Program-made: the position numbers and the translations under genes | Shown here: piece after piece, positions 1-14,393 of the stretch | Layout: every line of letters starts with the position of its first letter | Numbering within the stretch: position 1 is the stretch's first letter | Notes under the pieces: model-generated | Told to the model about the DNA's origin: nothing | The model's database searches: none | The model's input: only the letters and a program-made list of their open reading frames with translations | Assembly: GCF_009914755.1 (NCBI RefSeq) | Contig: NC_060930.1 | Source: the human T2T-CHM13v2.0 reference genome, Homo sapiens | Strand: one strand, 5' to 3' | Length of the DNA: 64,000 nucleotides

Positions 1-70
1 GAGCCCGGGAAGTTGAGGCTGCAGACAGCCATGACTGCGCCACTGCACTCCAGCCTGGGTGAAACTCTGG
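1..70 (+). mobile_element. Alu right-arm 3' fragment
   Basis: GAGGCTGCAG...GCCACTGCACTCCAGCCTGGG. Confidence 0.8.
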
Positions 71-934
71 CCTGCCTCCGGCTCCTAGATGCCACCCAGA
101 GAGGTGCCCTGGTAGACAGTGAATCCCAAATGTGGACTCTGGGGCCCAAGAAAGTAAATGGAGAGGCCTGGGTTTTCATCCTGGCCTCCAGGGTACCAGT
201 TCAGGCCTCTCTTGAGTATCCCAAGCTGCTTCTCAAGCATATGTCTGGACCTCCAAACAAGAGCAAAGCACCTGTAATCCCAAAGCACTTAGCCTAGAGC
301 TCCATTCCCTGTGGGTACTCCATTTAAGGGCTCCTGGGTCCCAGATTAATCCCCATATTTTAATCTGAGATAAGCAAACTCTCCATGGGGTAAACTTCCG
401 TGAGACACCTCTAACAAACCTGGAGAGGCCAGAATTCGGGGCAAAAAGCAAGTGATCTGGATGTGCATACTAGGAGTGACTGCACCCCTACTGGCCAGGC
501 CAAAGGCCTGGATCCCAGGCTGTCCCAGGAGATCCCAGTGACTGTGGATGATGCGTTCTTGTGGTCACACTTGGCTTACTTTCCCCACGGAGCCGAGCAT
601 CAGTGGTGCTCTGAAGCACAGTGCAGGCCACAAAAACTACCAGGGCTCTGAACGCTAGAAATCCCCACAGGGCTCAAAGAGGGGCAGGAGGTAGCAGCCA
701 GCTGGGAGGTGGATGAGACAAGGCGTTAAATTGCCCTGGTCTTGTGGCTGACCCACAGGGGAAAATTGAGGGTTCTTCATATTTGTGCCAGAATATCTGT
801 CTAATGTTGAATCATGAACCAAGCTCTCTTGTCTAAAATATTCCTAAGTGTCACTTGGTGCTTTGCACCAAATATAGGAAGGAATCCTTTATCATCTTGT
901 GGAATGGTTCAAACCTTGACTACACATCAGATTT

Positions 935-1230
935 GTAGTCTTCAAACTGGTGAGTCTTCAAAACATACCTAGACCAACTGACTTAGGATCTCCAGAGGTG
1001 GCCCAGGCTCTGGTATTAAAAAACAAACTTCCCAGGAGATTCTAAAGTCTATCCAGGACTGTGAATCACTAGAACCCCTTATTTACAGAGGAGGACAGTG
1101 AGTGCCAGAGCCTCGGACTCATTTGCCCAGCAGCAGAGCTGGCTGGCAGCAAGGCCAGCACTAGCACGAGGTGGGGTGAGGTGCACCTCCCAGCTCTGGG
1201 CTCCTTCCATTCCACCATACACTGCACTTT
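935..1230. mobile_element. MER5-like fragment followed by MIR fragment
   Basis: Degenerate MER5-type core and MIR core (ATTTACAGAGGAGGACAGTGAG), recognised by eye. Confidence 0.45.
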
Positions 1231-1349
1231 GGTGCCTGGAAAATGAACTCTTCCCTGCCCATATGGAGTGCTGTGGAGGGTTAGCCTCACAGGCAGAGGA
1301 AATCATCCGCCGGAGAAAGGGTAGCGGTGAATTTGAGGAGCTGACAATT

Positions 1350-2430
1350 GGCCACAGGTGGAGTGCAGTGAGGCGAGCAGAGGAAGGGTGGAGAAACAGG
1401 AGGGAACAGATTATGCAAGACTGTGACCCAGGTTAAGAATTTTGGACTTTATCCTAACAGCCCTGGGAAGCCATTGAGGGTTTAAGCAGCAGGATGTTGA
1501 AAGTTATTCAACAGCTAGCAGATGTTTATTAGGTGCCGACTATGTGTCAGGCACCGAGGTTACAGCAGAGAACAAAAGTGGCAAACTCCCTGTCCTACCA
1601 GAACTTACATCCAGTGACCTGAGGAATCCTTTAGAAGCTGAAATCAGATCCAACTGTGGGATCATCAAACCCTCAAGGGTTTCCTGATTTACATAAACCT
1701 CCTCTCCCCTTTGCTGCCCCAGTGCTGCAGCCACTCTGGCCTTTTGATCCTCAAACACACTCGGTCACGTGTTAAACTGCCAATCTGCCCGGGTGACCAA
1801 CCAGGTTAAACCCCTCAATGGCTTTCTGGTGCTCCAGGAATAAAGTCAAAACTCCTGTCCTTCCTTTCTTCTGTGAGGAGGCTGTCCCAGGAGATCCTAG
1901 CTGGATTCCCAGATAATCATGGCCCAGCCTGTGTCTCCAGGCTCATTTCCTGCCACTCCCCACCTCAAACTCACAGCCAAACCAAACCGCTCTCCATGCC
2001 TCAAAGTGCTATGCTCTTTCCTGGCTAAGCCCTTCGACAATGTAATTCCTTCTGCCTAGAACACCATCCCTTTCCCACTTAGCAAATGCCTTTTCTAGCT
2101 TGAAGTCTCAGCTGAAAGCCACCTCCTCTGGCAATTCTTTCCTGACCTGTCAGATTGGGTCCACATGTAGTCTAGTTATACAGCCCCAAAACACCCCATG
2201 CTGCACCCTGTACTTCTCTGCAGTTTTAAGTCCTGACTTATTAGTGTAATTACTCGCTTAACACCAGCTTTTTCCATGAAACAAGGAGAGAGATTGTGTC
2301 TGTCTTATCACCAGAATCTACATATTACTTGGCACAGAGTAGACAATAAAAACTGACTGAGAAAACAAAGCACAAGCACAGAGTATCTGACACAAAGAAG
2401 ATGCTTCCTACACATCTGCTGAAGGAATGC
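1350..2430. mobile_element. L2 fragments in both orientations
   Basis: TTTGGACTTTATCCT...GGGAAGCCATTG and ATTCAACA...TTTATT...CTATGTGTCAGGCAC motifs. Confidence 0.5.
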
Positions 2431-3141
2431 GAACAATCTTAGCCACCTGCCCTTTCTCTCCAGCAAGATGGTAGTAAATTGGTAGAGAGAGAAGCAATTT
2501 CTTCATATTCCCTGTAGCAGCAAGAACAGTGGGCTGCACGTCACCAGCAAATCATCGTATCCAAGGTTTCGCTCCAGCAACTTACAGAAACCAGGAGAAG
2601 AAAAAGCTGTGTCTGAGAAAATGGTTGTTGTGGAGTAAATTGTAATAGTGAGAATCACTCCTTCCCTTTTCTTTAGTTTTAGACCTAGGTATACACCCCA
2701 TAAACAGAGTTTATTTTCTCAGGTTTTGAGCCTCAAATGAATGGAATTTTTTTCCTTTTTTTTTTTTTTTTTTCCATGTATTTGGGTGGGGGGCTGTCAA
2801 CATGTTTGTGAGGCTCATCCATGTGATTATGAGCTGATTTTACTTAATTGCTGCTCTCTAACTATACAATTTTTAATGCAGTCTACTGATAGCCATATGA
2901 GTTGTTTCCAGTTTGGGACAATTACAAACACTGCTTCAGTGAATATTTCTGCATACATGTTCTAGCACACACAGGCAAGATGTACCCTCAATTTGACTAA
3001 GCAGGCCAAACTGTTTCCAAAGTGACTATAGTGCTATGTAGTCTGCTCAGCAGGCTATGAGCACTCATGATGCCCCACAGCCTCACCAACACCTGATAAT
3101 ATCAGCTTTAATTTTTGCCACTCTGGAGGATGGGATATAGA

Positions 3142-3144
<3 letters not shown>

Positions 3145-3185
<41 letters not shown>
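3145..3185. repeat. (TG)~20 microsatellite
   Basis: Direct inspection. Confidence 0.97.
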
Positions 3186-3187
<2 letters not shown>

Positions 3188-3589
3188 TTAACTCCCCAAA
3201 AGGAAACAGCATGAGACAGGCCCAATAACAGGCCAAGGAATCCTATAGCAGCAGACCAGATATTGTGCTCCTCGACCCAACCAGTAAATGTTGTAAATGT
3301 TTATCTTTGGGGAGAGAAGGGGAAGGGCCCACCCAGCTTCTGTTCTTCTTTCCCTTGGTAACTTACCATCTATGAGTTAGTGAGATGGAGACATCCTAAC
3401 CATTAATCCAGGGAAAGGGAGGAATCTAAGCCATCAGCAAGGGAGTTAGTGCTTTTCATCAAATTTGAGACACCTGTGACATCACATTTTAGCATCTCTG
3501 AAATGTGATCAATTGCATGTCATAATTTAACTGGCAAAATATTTTTTTGATGTGGAGCATAAAATAAGGGCACATAAAAGATTTGGTGG

Positions 3590-3833
3590 TGCTGTGGTTT
3601 GAACATGTCCCCCAAAAGTTCACGTGTTGGAAACGTAATTGCCAATGTAACGGTATTAAGAGGTGGGGTCTTTAAGACGTGACTGGGTCATGAGGGTGTA
3701 ACTCTCATGAATGGATTAATGCCTTTCTTGCAAGAGTCCATTGGCCAGAACCGTGAGCTGAATAAACATCTGTTGTTTACAATTTACCCAGTCTGTGGTA
3801 TTCTGTTACAGCAACAGAAAATGGATTAAGACA
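3590..3833 (+). mobile_element. MaLR LTR (MST/MLT1A-like), internally deleted
   Basis: TGCTGTGGTTTGAA...TATTCTGTTACAGCAACAGAAAATGGATTAAGACA termini. Confidence 0.7.
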
Positions 3834-3951
3834 AATAGCATCTTAGATTTGGTGAGATGTGGCATATTTCCTAAAAAGTGCTGCCAGGATCATCCTTCTA
3901 GCACACAGGATCTCATCCTTGTTATTCTCCTGCTTCAAATCTCCTAGCTGA

Positions 3952-4125
3952 GGCTGGGTTTGGTGCCTCATGCCTATAATCCTAGCACTGTGGGAGGCTG
4001 AGGCAGGAGGATCCCTTGAATCCAGGGGTTCAAGACTAGCCTGGCCAACATAGGGAGAGACTGTCTCTAAAATAAAATAAATAAATAAAAATAAAAATAA
4101 AAATAAAAACAAACACACCAAAAAA
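3952..4125 (+). mobile_element. Alu monomer (FLAM-like)
   Basis: Left arm plus A-rich tail; CTAGCTGAGG on both sides. Confidence 0.8.
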
Positions 4126-4158
4126 ACTCCTACTAGCTGAGGTCAAAACTGCACAGGT

Positions 4159-4534
<376 letters not shown>

Positions 4535-4782
4535 CTAATTCTCTGGCCATTAGATACACTGAACCAGGAAGACAGCCCCTTCTTCACTCCCCACTCTCCA
4601 CCCATTCCCTTGTACATGCTCTTCTCTCCAGTCCAGCGCATCCTTGAAGGCTTGAATACAATTTGTCCCCTTATCTGTGAGGTGTTTCCTGTACCCATCC
4701 CACCTCTGAGTTGAATGTATCCCTCCTCCTGCAGCTTTGCATACACTGTATTTCTACAATAGCACTATCACAGTGCTTCATA

Positions 4783-5210
4783 CAGTAGCACCCCCCATCC
4801 GCTAAAGATACATTCATACAGGAGTCCCCTCAATCCTCAGGAGATGCATTCCAAAACCCCCAGTGGATGTCTGAAACCTGTTTCTCCTACACATACACAC
4901 TTGTAATAAAGTTTATAAAGTAGGCACAGAAATAGATTAACAATAATAACACAACAGAATAACAATATACCGTAATAAAAGTTATATGCATGTGGTCTCT
5001 CTCTCTCTCAAACTATCTTGTACTGTACTTACCCTTCTTGTGATGAAGGAACAGTGGGAGGGCAAGAGATTTCATCATGCTACTCAGAACAATGCACATC
5101 TAAAACTTATGAATTGTTTACTTCTGGAATTTTCTGTTTACTGTCTTTGGGCTGAGGTTGACCATGGGTAACGGAAACCACGGAAAACTAAGCTATGGAT
5201 AAGTGGCTGT
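4783..5210. mobile_element. Tigger-derived DNA transposon (MER44/Tigger7-like)
   Basis: CCCCCAGTGGATGTCTGAAACC and GATTTCATCATGCTACTCAGAAC...AAAACTTATGAATTGTTTA motifs. Confidence 0.6.
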
Positions 5211-5909
5211 AATTGATATTTTTATCTGTCTTCTCTCCCACCAGAATGTGAACCCAAAGGTCATGCCTCACTGACCTTTTTATCTCCAATATCTGGCACA
5301 AAGTAGGGGGTCTGCAAATGTTTGTGAAATGAATGACCTCCTCTAATTCCAGAGCCCTGCCATCTCCATTCTTCCCCCTTTCACTACACACCCCCCTTTC
5401 CCACATTAAAATTCTGCTTCAGCAGCAGGCTTCCAGGGCTCTCTTTAGATTAGACATTCTTGCCCACACACATTACCTAGATATCTCTTGGCCTCCCTCC
5501 ACACACACACAATTTTGGGGGGAAGAACAAAATTCCATTTCTATAAAGCTGGCAAAATCTAATTCATCCTGATGCCAGCCAATTTATGTTTTTGTCTTCT
5601 CAAACCAATTTCCCATTCTCCGTGTCTTTTCTATTCTGATCCTGGGGGGGTCCAAGTCTGAAGTCATTCCAAGAAGCCTCAATACAGACCATGGACTCTC
5701 TTCGGGGGTTTGCAGTGTCTTCTGTGGTGGTCACACACAATCTGAGTCCAACCTGTTACTCCCCTGCAGGAAGTGATATCTAAGAAGTCACCCACTGCCT
5801 TAGGCCTTCAGTCTCCTTACCTCTTAACAAGGGGAAAATATTTTGCCAAGTTTACCAGGCTATTTGAGGTTGAGGCAAGGTCACATAAGTACGAGTGTCT
5901 CATTAGCAA

Positions 5910-6800
5910 AAAGCTCTATAAAAATACTATGAAAGAGCACAGGAGCCAATGTGAAAAGAGCTCCCAACAGCCAAAGCCACAGTAATTTGAGCAACAAAAT
6001 TAAGTAGTATTGGATTATAAACCAAAGTATAAAATAAATGTCCCTGAGTCTACACTGAAATTAATGATTGAATAAATTAATAAATTGGGGGAAGAGAGAA
6101 ACAAATCTTCCATGCAGAATAACTGCAAACAATAATATGTAGATACTTGCCCTCAAGAAGGGGGAATATAACTCTTGGCTCCCTAGGTATGGGCTGCACT
6201 TAGTGACTTCCTTCTAAAGAGGACAATACACGCAAAGAGTGGAAAAGAGACTAACTGTACAGTGGAGAAACCTGAAAAACACTATCTCACCCAAATCAAT
6301 ATTAAGTCATAAATCATGTTAGTACATGCCCTTGATACGATGGGATGATAATGGCAATCTACCTCTGTGGTCTTCCTCCCAGTTACCCATAAGCCCAGTC
6401 TTAGGAGAAAAACATCAAATTCCAATAGAGGGGCATCCTACAACATACACGACCAGTATTCTTCAATGCTGTCAAGGTCATCAAAACAAGTCTGAGAAAC
6501 TCCCACAGCCAAGAGGAGCATAAGGAGACATGACAACTAAATGTAATGTGGTAACCTCCATGGGATCATGAAACAGAAAAAGTACTGAGGTAAAAACTAA
6601 GGAAATCTGAACACACTATGGACTTTGGTCAATAATAATGTATTGATATTGGTTAACTGCAACAAATGTACCACACTGAGGTAAGATGTTAATAACAGGG
6701 GATCCGGTTTGGAGCATGTGGGAAGTTTGTACTATCTTCTCAATTCTTCTGTAAATCTAAAAGTGTTGTAAGAAATAAAGTCTACTTAAACAATAAAATT
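5910..6800 (+). mobile_element. Old L1 (L1MC-like) 3' fragment
   Basis: GGAGACATGACAACTAAATGTAATGTGG...AACAAATGTACCACACT...GATGTTAATAA. Confidence 0.65.
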
Positions 6801-7379
6801 GCAATTTTTGAAACATAAAAAGCCTATTTTTTTTAAAGGTGATTTTTTTGAACTTGGGGAAAAACATGTTAGGGATTATGATTTCAGCTAAGAGTTAAAA
6901 ACAGGAGGTTAAGGCATGCATAAACGAATGTCATTCTCCCCTCTTTTGAAGTACACACAAATCGTGGGTCAAAATTTGAAATCTACTGGAGATTTGGAAG
7001 TGTGTCCCTCCCATTTACTCCACAGAGTTAAATTTACACTTTTTTTCTAAGGCCAAATAGGGAGAAAATCAGTAAGAAAAATGCTAATGAGCTGGAAGGA
7101 GTGAAAGCACAGCTCCAAGTATTTGTGGCTAAACCGGTTTACTCCGAACAAAAAAAAAAAAAAAAAAAAGAAAGAGAAAGAAAGCATGACACTTTGGTCA
7201 GGGAGCTGGATTAGTCGCCTATCTACCAGGCTCCAAGCAACCGGACGGTCATCCAGGCCCCGCTTACTTCTGGTTCCGCAGACTAGAATGGATGGGAGTC
7301 TGAGTAGGATACCAGAAAGCGAGAAAGACCCAAGAGGAGGGGGAGAATGTAAGGACAAGCAAACAGGAGGGATCTGGCT

Positions 7380-8710
7380 GGCAGGGAGGACGCAGCGAAC
7401 TTGACCCCCTCCTGAGCCCGCCCGGGGGCCTGGCCCCGTTTTGAACCCGGGCCCGGCGGCTGCGTTGGGTCGCCCCAAACCCGGTGAGCGTACGAGACTG
7501 TTGCTTCGCTGTATGTCTCATGTGCACCCCCTACTCACCGGTCCCGAGCTCCGGGCCGCGAATCCCGGCCGGCACCCCTCCTCTCTCACGGCGGTCTGTT
7601 CCGGGTCCCGCTCCTGCACGAGCAACCAGCGCGACAGCTCGTCCCCGCCCCGTAATCTCCCGGCTATTCGGGGCCCTTCGCCGAGATTTCTCCCGGACCA
7701 GCCCCGGGATTGGCTCCTGCCGAACTTCGCCATCCAATGGGAACCTTAGTCTCTTTTACGTCACTGATCACCGGGCAAATCCCCAGACAGCCGCGGGCGG
7801 TGGGGCACCAGGGGCAGCGAAATGGAAACTGAAATCAGGCGGGACCGAGGCTGCGCCAAGAGCCGCAGCCTGAGTTTGGCGCGTAATTGGGGTGGCCTGT
7901 TACACGGTCTAAGGGAGTAAATGCTAAGGCTTAGGAGTCACCTACGTAGGACTCTTGAGAGGGCAATAATCCCCTTTCCACCTCTCGAGACCCCTCACTG
8001 CCCAACTCTGGCCTTATGCTGGATCAGGGTCCGAGGGCGCTTTGAGGCGAAGGTGGCGCTCGCCAGGTGCTCAACATTAAATACGAAGTCCCCGCCCCTA
8101 ACGTGGCCTAAATTTGCTTCCAGGACAAAGCAGGATTTTAGCAAGCAAATACTCTCAGAGACCTATTTACGAAAATTATTACTTCCTAGGTAAAATAACG
8201 TTCAACCAGACAGCCATTGTCGCCATTCGACGGAAGGAAAAACTGAGGTTCCAGGAGCTTAAGGGTCTGGGCCCAGTTCAGGGGGGTTGTTTTCGCTCCT
8301 CGACGCTGAATTTAGAAACCAGAGGCTACAAAGCGGGCCGAGACTTGGGTTCCCCAGGTCCTTGGTGGGGAGGTTTCCAGGAGGCTCGGGCGCGCCCCCG
8401 TCCACGGCCCCGGAAGCTGACGTCGCCGAAGCGTACGCCGCTGCCCAGCCTGCGCTCTCTTCCTGCTCTGCCTGCAGCCGCCGCGTCCGGTCCAGCCGCA
8501 GGGCCATGCCCTGTGCTGCGGTTGCCGTGTCCCAGGCGCCGCCGCGTCAAGATCCCCGTCTTTCCCGGCCAGCCAGGCGGCAGCGGCATTCAGCTCGTGC
8601 ACTGGGCTGGCAGCAGGCTGAGAAGAGGCGGCGCAGGTTCTCCGGGTCAGCCAGTGCCCTGCTCCTAAGGGTAGAGATCTAGCTGGGGACACTGGTCGTC
8701 CGCCTAGGCA
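7380..8710. promoter_or_regulatory. CpG-island promoter with two GC-rich blocks (~7380-7900 and ~8330-8710)
   Basis: High CpG density. GC box CCCCGCCCC ~7643-7651; ATTGG 7709-7713; CCAAT 7734-7738; CRE-like TTACGTCA 7756-7763; CCGGAAG 8410-8416 next to TGACGTC 8418-8424. Confidence 0.85.
7819..7834 (+). promoter_or_regulatory. ISRE/IRF-E-like element
   Basis: GAAATGGAAACTGAAA contains the canonical GAAANNGAAA core plus a third GAAA. Confidence 0.6.
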
Positions 8711-9136
8711 GTGGTGAGAGGGTGGGCTACAGTTGTTTGGGTATTCATGAATGGAGGAGCTCAGGGTCCTAGACCCTAAAACCTGCTGAATCTTCACCCC
8801 TCCTCCGCTGGGGGTAGGGAAATTTGCACTGCATTTAAGCAATGTATAGTGGAGTGGGTGGGACATTCAGAAGAAACCACGCCCACATTTAACACCCGCG
8901 TCCTTCCCTTCTACCCCAGCCCAGCATTTTGTCTTTTTCCCCTTTGTCCAGCAGTATAACTCACGCTGCCCCTCCGGGCTGAGAGGAGTGTAGACCTCAC
9001 CTGCTGAGCACAACTCTGGCGGGCCTGTGCTCTGGAGGTGGTCTCAGCACCTACCTAGACCCTCTTGATACCTGCTTTTTTAGTTGGTGGTGTGGGAAGA
9101 AAGTGTGTTTAACATGCTCCTTAAATAATGCTCTGC

Positions 9137-9490
<354 letters not shown>

Positions 9491-10000
9491 TCACAGACCA
9501 TTCTGGGCAGACTCCAGCCACAAATCCACCACCCCACTTAAAATTCTCTATCCTCTCAGCACACTTAGAGGGGCATGGAAGACTCTTGCAGGGGCTGGGG
9601 CTCCTGACATGACAGCTCTGCTTAACTCTCTGACCTCCCTCATGCCACTTCTCCCTCGGTCCCTGTGCTTTCACCTTACACCTGGTCTTGAAACTCCCTG
9701 CCCCAGCCCCTTGCATGGCTGCCCGCTTCTTGTCAGTCATGTCTACATCTCAGAAAGGTCTTCCTCCCTCACCCAGTTGAAACCAGTTCCCCATCATGCA
9801 TTATTCTGTTTCCCTTTCTTCATGCATTTGTTGCCATTTGAAAGCACCTTGTTCATTTCTTTGTCAATGTGTTTATTTTCGATCTTCCTCCCCCTCAGTG
9901 TACGCCCCAAGAGAGTTGAGACAACACCTGTCTTCCATGCACATGGCTTCCATGTAAATAAATGTTTGTTAAATGAAATGAGCTCAGTGTGGGCATTTCT

Positions 10001-10199
10001 TTTTCTTTTTGTAAAAAAATTTTATTATTATTACACTTTAAGTTTTAGGGTACATGTTCACAACGTGCAGGTTTGTTATCATTTAGCATTAGGTATATCT
10101 CTCCTAAAGCTATCCCTCCCCCCTCCCCCCACCCCACAACAGCCCCTGGTGTGTGATGTTCCCCTTCTTGTGTCCATGTGTTCTCATTGTTCAATTCCC
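10001..10199 (-). mobile_element. Severely 5'-truncated L1PA (3'UTR only)
   Basis: Reverse complement of L1PA 3'UTR; perfect 16-bp TSD CAGTGTGGGCATTTCT at 9985-10000 and 10200-10215. Confidence 0.92.
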
Positions 10200-10829
10200 C
10201 AGTGTGGGCATTTCTAAAGCTGCCTGGCCCTGCTTGGCTGGGTATCAGTCATGCACTGAGTCCCTCTCCCACCACACTACATCTTGATTGATACAGCTTC
10301 TCAAGTCCAAGTAAGGGTAACAGAAATGGATGCTGGGAACACAATTTCTGCTTTGTGTTGGAGGAGACAGCTTTGGAGCAGCTTTGTAGCTTTGTGCCCC
10401 TCTACAGCTTCCTGCTTCATTTAAGGTTCTGAAGCAGAGTTGAAATTCCTTCCTCCAGCTCTCCATTTCTGTGGTCATACCAGATGGAGGCCAAGGCAGC
10501 ATATGGGGCTGGGTAAGAGTTCTGCGTTGAATTCTCCAGTCTGCCACATTCTGTGAGGCTTTGGGGCAGCTGCTCAACCTCTGTGTGCCACAGGTTCTTC
10601 TTCTGTAACATGGAAGTAGCTAGATCTGCTTCGTACGGTTATTATGAGGCTTAAATGTAAAGCTTTGAAATAGTGAATCAGTGCTGACTAGGCCAAAGGG
10701 TATGGTATAATTATTTGCATTTGAAATAAATATCTTAAATGGAGCAAGAAGATTTAGTAGGTATATTCCTTGAGCAGCTCTGGTTTAACCTCAGGAGGAA
10801 CTAAAGGCCGCTGTCTAAAAATGAGTTTG

Positions 10830-11390
10830 TATATGACAGGGTACAGGAAATGCCACCCCAAAATATGGCACCTTGGAAATTGAGAAAATAGCAGAAACAG
10901 GAAGGTTTCTCTGACCTCTTGCTCCTTTCTGCCCTGAAGCAGGCCATAGAAACTAGAGTTCCCCTCGCCCCTTCTTCCCTGAAGCAGGCCACAAAATCTA
11001 GGAAGGTCACTCTCTGACCTGCTCCCTCCTTCTCCCTCCTTCATCTGAGGCCCCTTATATAACAGGCATCCTCTCCTATGCCCTGAGGGAGGGACTGCCA
11101 CACAGGTATGCCAAGAAGAAACTGAATAGACAGGCCTTTCCAACTTCTCAGTTTATCACCGTTAGCTCATACACTTTTGTCCTTGCAATCATACATCTGC
11201 CTGACTGTCTATACAACTACACAAATGTCCCCATTTCTTTGGGTTTTCGTTTCTGAAAGTTCCCATGTCATGTAAAACTTGGATAAAATAAATGTGCATG
11301 CTTTTCTCTTGTTAGTCTGTTTTTTGTTATTGAAGTCTCAGCATAAACCTTGTGATGGGTAAGGAAAATATATTAGTTTTTTTCCCCTAA
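10830..11390 (+). mobile_element. ERV1 solo LTR (MER34/MER39-like)
   Basis: CACCCCAAAATATGGCAC start, repeated CCTGAAGCAGGCCA, AATAAA near the 3' end. Confidence 0.6.
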
Positions 11391-11968
11391 GTTTAGTATA
11401 AACATATTGAGCTAAATCATACCATTCAGAATCTCAGGATTTTAAGAATACTAGAGTGCTTGGAAAGAGGCCTCCAAACAAAAAACAAACAAACAAACAA
11501 ACAAAAACTTGAAAACATGAAACTCCCATTGGTAAAGATGCAAAGAATCTGTTTGAATCTTTTGTGTGAAGGATACCTTGGTATTAGGGCCAGAATGAAT
11601 AAATGAATATCTGTAAAGGAAAAGGTAAAAGTTACATCAATGAAACAATTTTAAGCCAACATTTCTGTTTTCTGGTAGAGGCATAAGCTAATAAATAATT
11701 CTGTGCTACTAAAATCTGCCTGCTTTTGTGCTAAGAACTGGCTGCAGGATAAAAAATAACAGGTTTAACTGTCCTTTTTAAAAGGAAAAAAAGGCATTTT
11801 GAATGCTAATAGCATTAACTACTGGGTTTTGAACAGAAAGCGTAGGCTGAACCAATCTCTTATATGACTTGGGATGTCATTTAAAATACTTTGTATTCCA
11901 AATTTGGTGACTTTTAAATGTCTATTAGCTCAAAAGTTAGTGAAAATATATTGTATAATATATAATGA

Positions 11969-12313
<345 letters not shown>

Positions 12314-13029
12314 TAAAAATTATCTAATTCTCTAGGGTAGTTTAACTTTGATTTAGTATTTTAGGGTATTTAGAGTACTCCTTAGGGGTAGACATTAACT
12401 TGTAGAAAAGTGATATCAATGGAAATGATTCTTGGTCAATAGCAATGTCAATGAATTTTGTTCAGTGGAGGTATAGAAGATGTATGTCCAGTGTATGTAT
12501 ATTCAATCTTCCAAATTCTCTTTGAACTAGTTCTTTTTTTACTAGTCTCTTGTTAGTACATCTTTGATACATGCTCACTTTTTCTTTGTATAGGATACTG
12601 TCATTGACTTTTAAAAATTATATTTTGGCAATACATTGCATTTTATTATTATGTCTCTTAATCTTATTATAACAATCTACCCTTCCCTTATTTTCATTCC
12701 ATTAATTTGCTGGAGAAGCCAGTTCATTTATCCCATAGAATGTTCCCAGTACTGGATTTGGTTGATTGCTTCCTCATGGTATCAATTAACTTGTTCCTCT
12801 ATTTCCTGTGTATCTTAGATAAGATTCATAAGATAATAAAGGATGCTATGTAGTCATCTCTCATTCTAAGCAATCAAACATTTTCAATATCTTTCACCAT
12901 ATGTCCCTAACCCAGATACTACTAGTCCGTCTCTCTCTGCTATAGAGGTAAGCATCACTCTGCATTTCTGTGATAATCATTCCTTAGCTTTTATTTTTAT
13001 TTACTTAAAAGGCTTTATCAGATTTGGGG

Positions 13030-13331
13030 TTTTTGTTTGTTTGTTTTTGAGATGGAGTCTCGCTGTCATCCAGGCTGGAGTGCAGTGGTGCAATCTCGGG
13101 TCACTGCAACCTCTGCCTCCTGGGTTCAAGTGATTCTCCTGCCTCAGTCTCCTGAGTAGCTAAGATTACAGGTGCCCGCCGCTATGCCAGGCTAATTTTT
13201 GTATTTTTAGTAGAAACGGGGTTTCACAATGTTGGACCAGGCTGGTCTCAAACTCCTGACCTCAGGTGACTCGCCTGTTTCGGCCTCCCAAAGTGCTGGG
13301 ATTGCAGGCGTAAGCCACCACTCCCGGCTGG
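13030..13331 (-). mobile_element. AluS
   Basis: Antisense dimer. Confidence 0.92.
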
Positions 13332-14070
13332 GTTCAATTTTTTAAGGAGAATACTTCAAAAGCAGTGCTGTGTACCTATGGTATCACATTTAGAGGTATA
13401 TGATCTCATCCCACTATTAGTGATGGTAGATTTGATGGAAGATTCAGGTATTGTCAGCCTGATCCCTCCATTCCCCAGTTTGTGAGTTATGGATTTACTG
13501 CCTCTCAGCTCCAAAAATGATCCTGAATCTTTTAATTATGTTTTCTTTGCCATCTGGCCCTGAAGCTTTGTCAGTAGAGGGCACTGGAGAGTCATTGCAG
13601 GGAAAAACGATTTTGCTTCCTGGTTCTGGTGTGCTGTTTGCCAGGTTCCTGCAGTGAGTGCATGGTTTAGCAGCACCTGCTCCTGCAGCACCCAAAACTT
13701 ACCTAGTGTCCAGTTACTTCAGTCACAGTCAGCAACACCCAGCAGTAAGCAGCTTCCTTAGGCACCCCTCCTGAAGGGGTTTTATACTGGAGTGTCTCTG
13801 GTATGAACAGCTTTTGCCTGCACCCTAGAGAGTGGGTTTCCAGCAAGTTCTGCCATAGCAGAACCACCTTGATGTCTCTACTCTCCCTGAGAAGGCTAGA
13901 TCCCATCCTCTCTTGTTTTCTCAAAAATGGACTAACCATCTATAAATATCTACTCTCCTGCTTCAGCAAATTTTTTTTACCGTTTCACTGAATTATTCTC
14001 ATGAGCATACAAACATGTTATAATATATCGCTTTAAAAACCAAAACAAGACAAACTCCTTGATACCATAA

Positions 14071-14393
<323 letters not shown>

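Noticed and set aside
8114-8866. Overlapping 131-184 aa ORFs on both strands
   Set aside because: Expected from stop-poor GC-rich DNA; low-complexity R/P/G/A translations with no recognisable domain.
9609-10217. 202-aa ORF, plus the many 60-170 aa ORFs elsewhere with SPRLECSG or [11 protein letters not shown] peptides
   Set aside because: The long ORF runs through L2 and antisense L1 sequence; the others are standard Alu reading frames.
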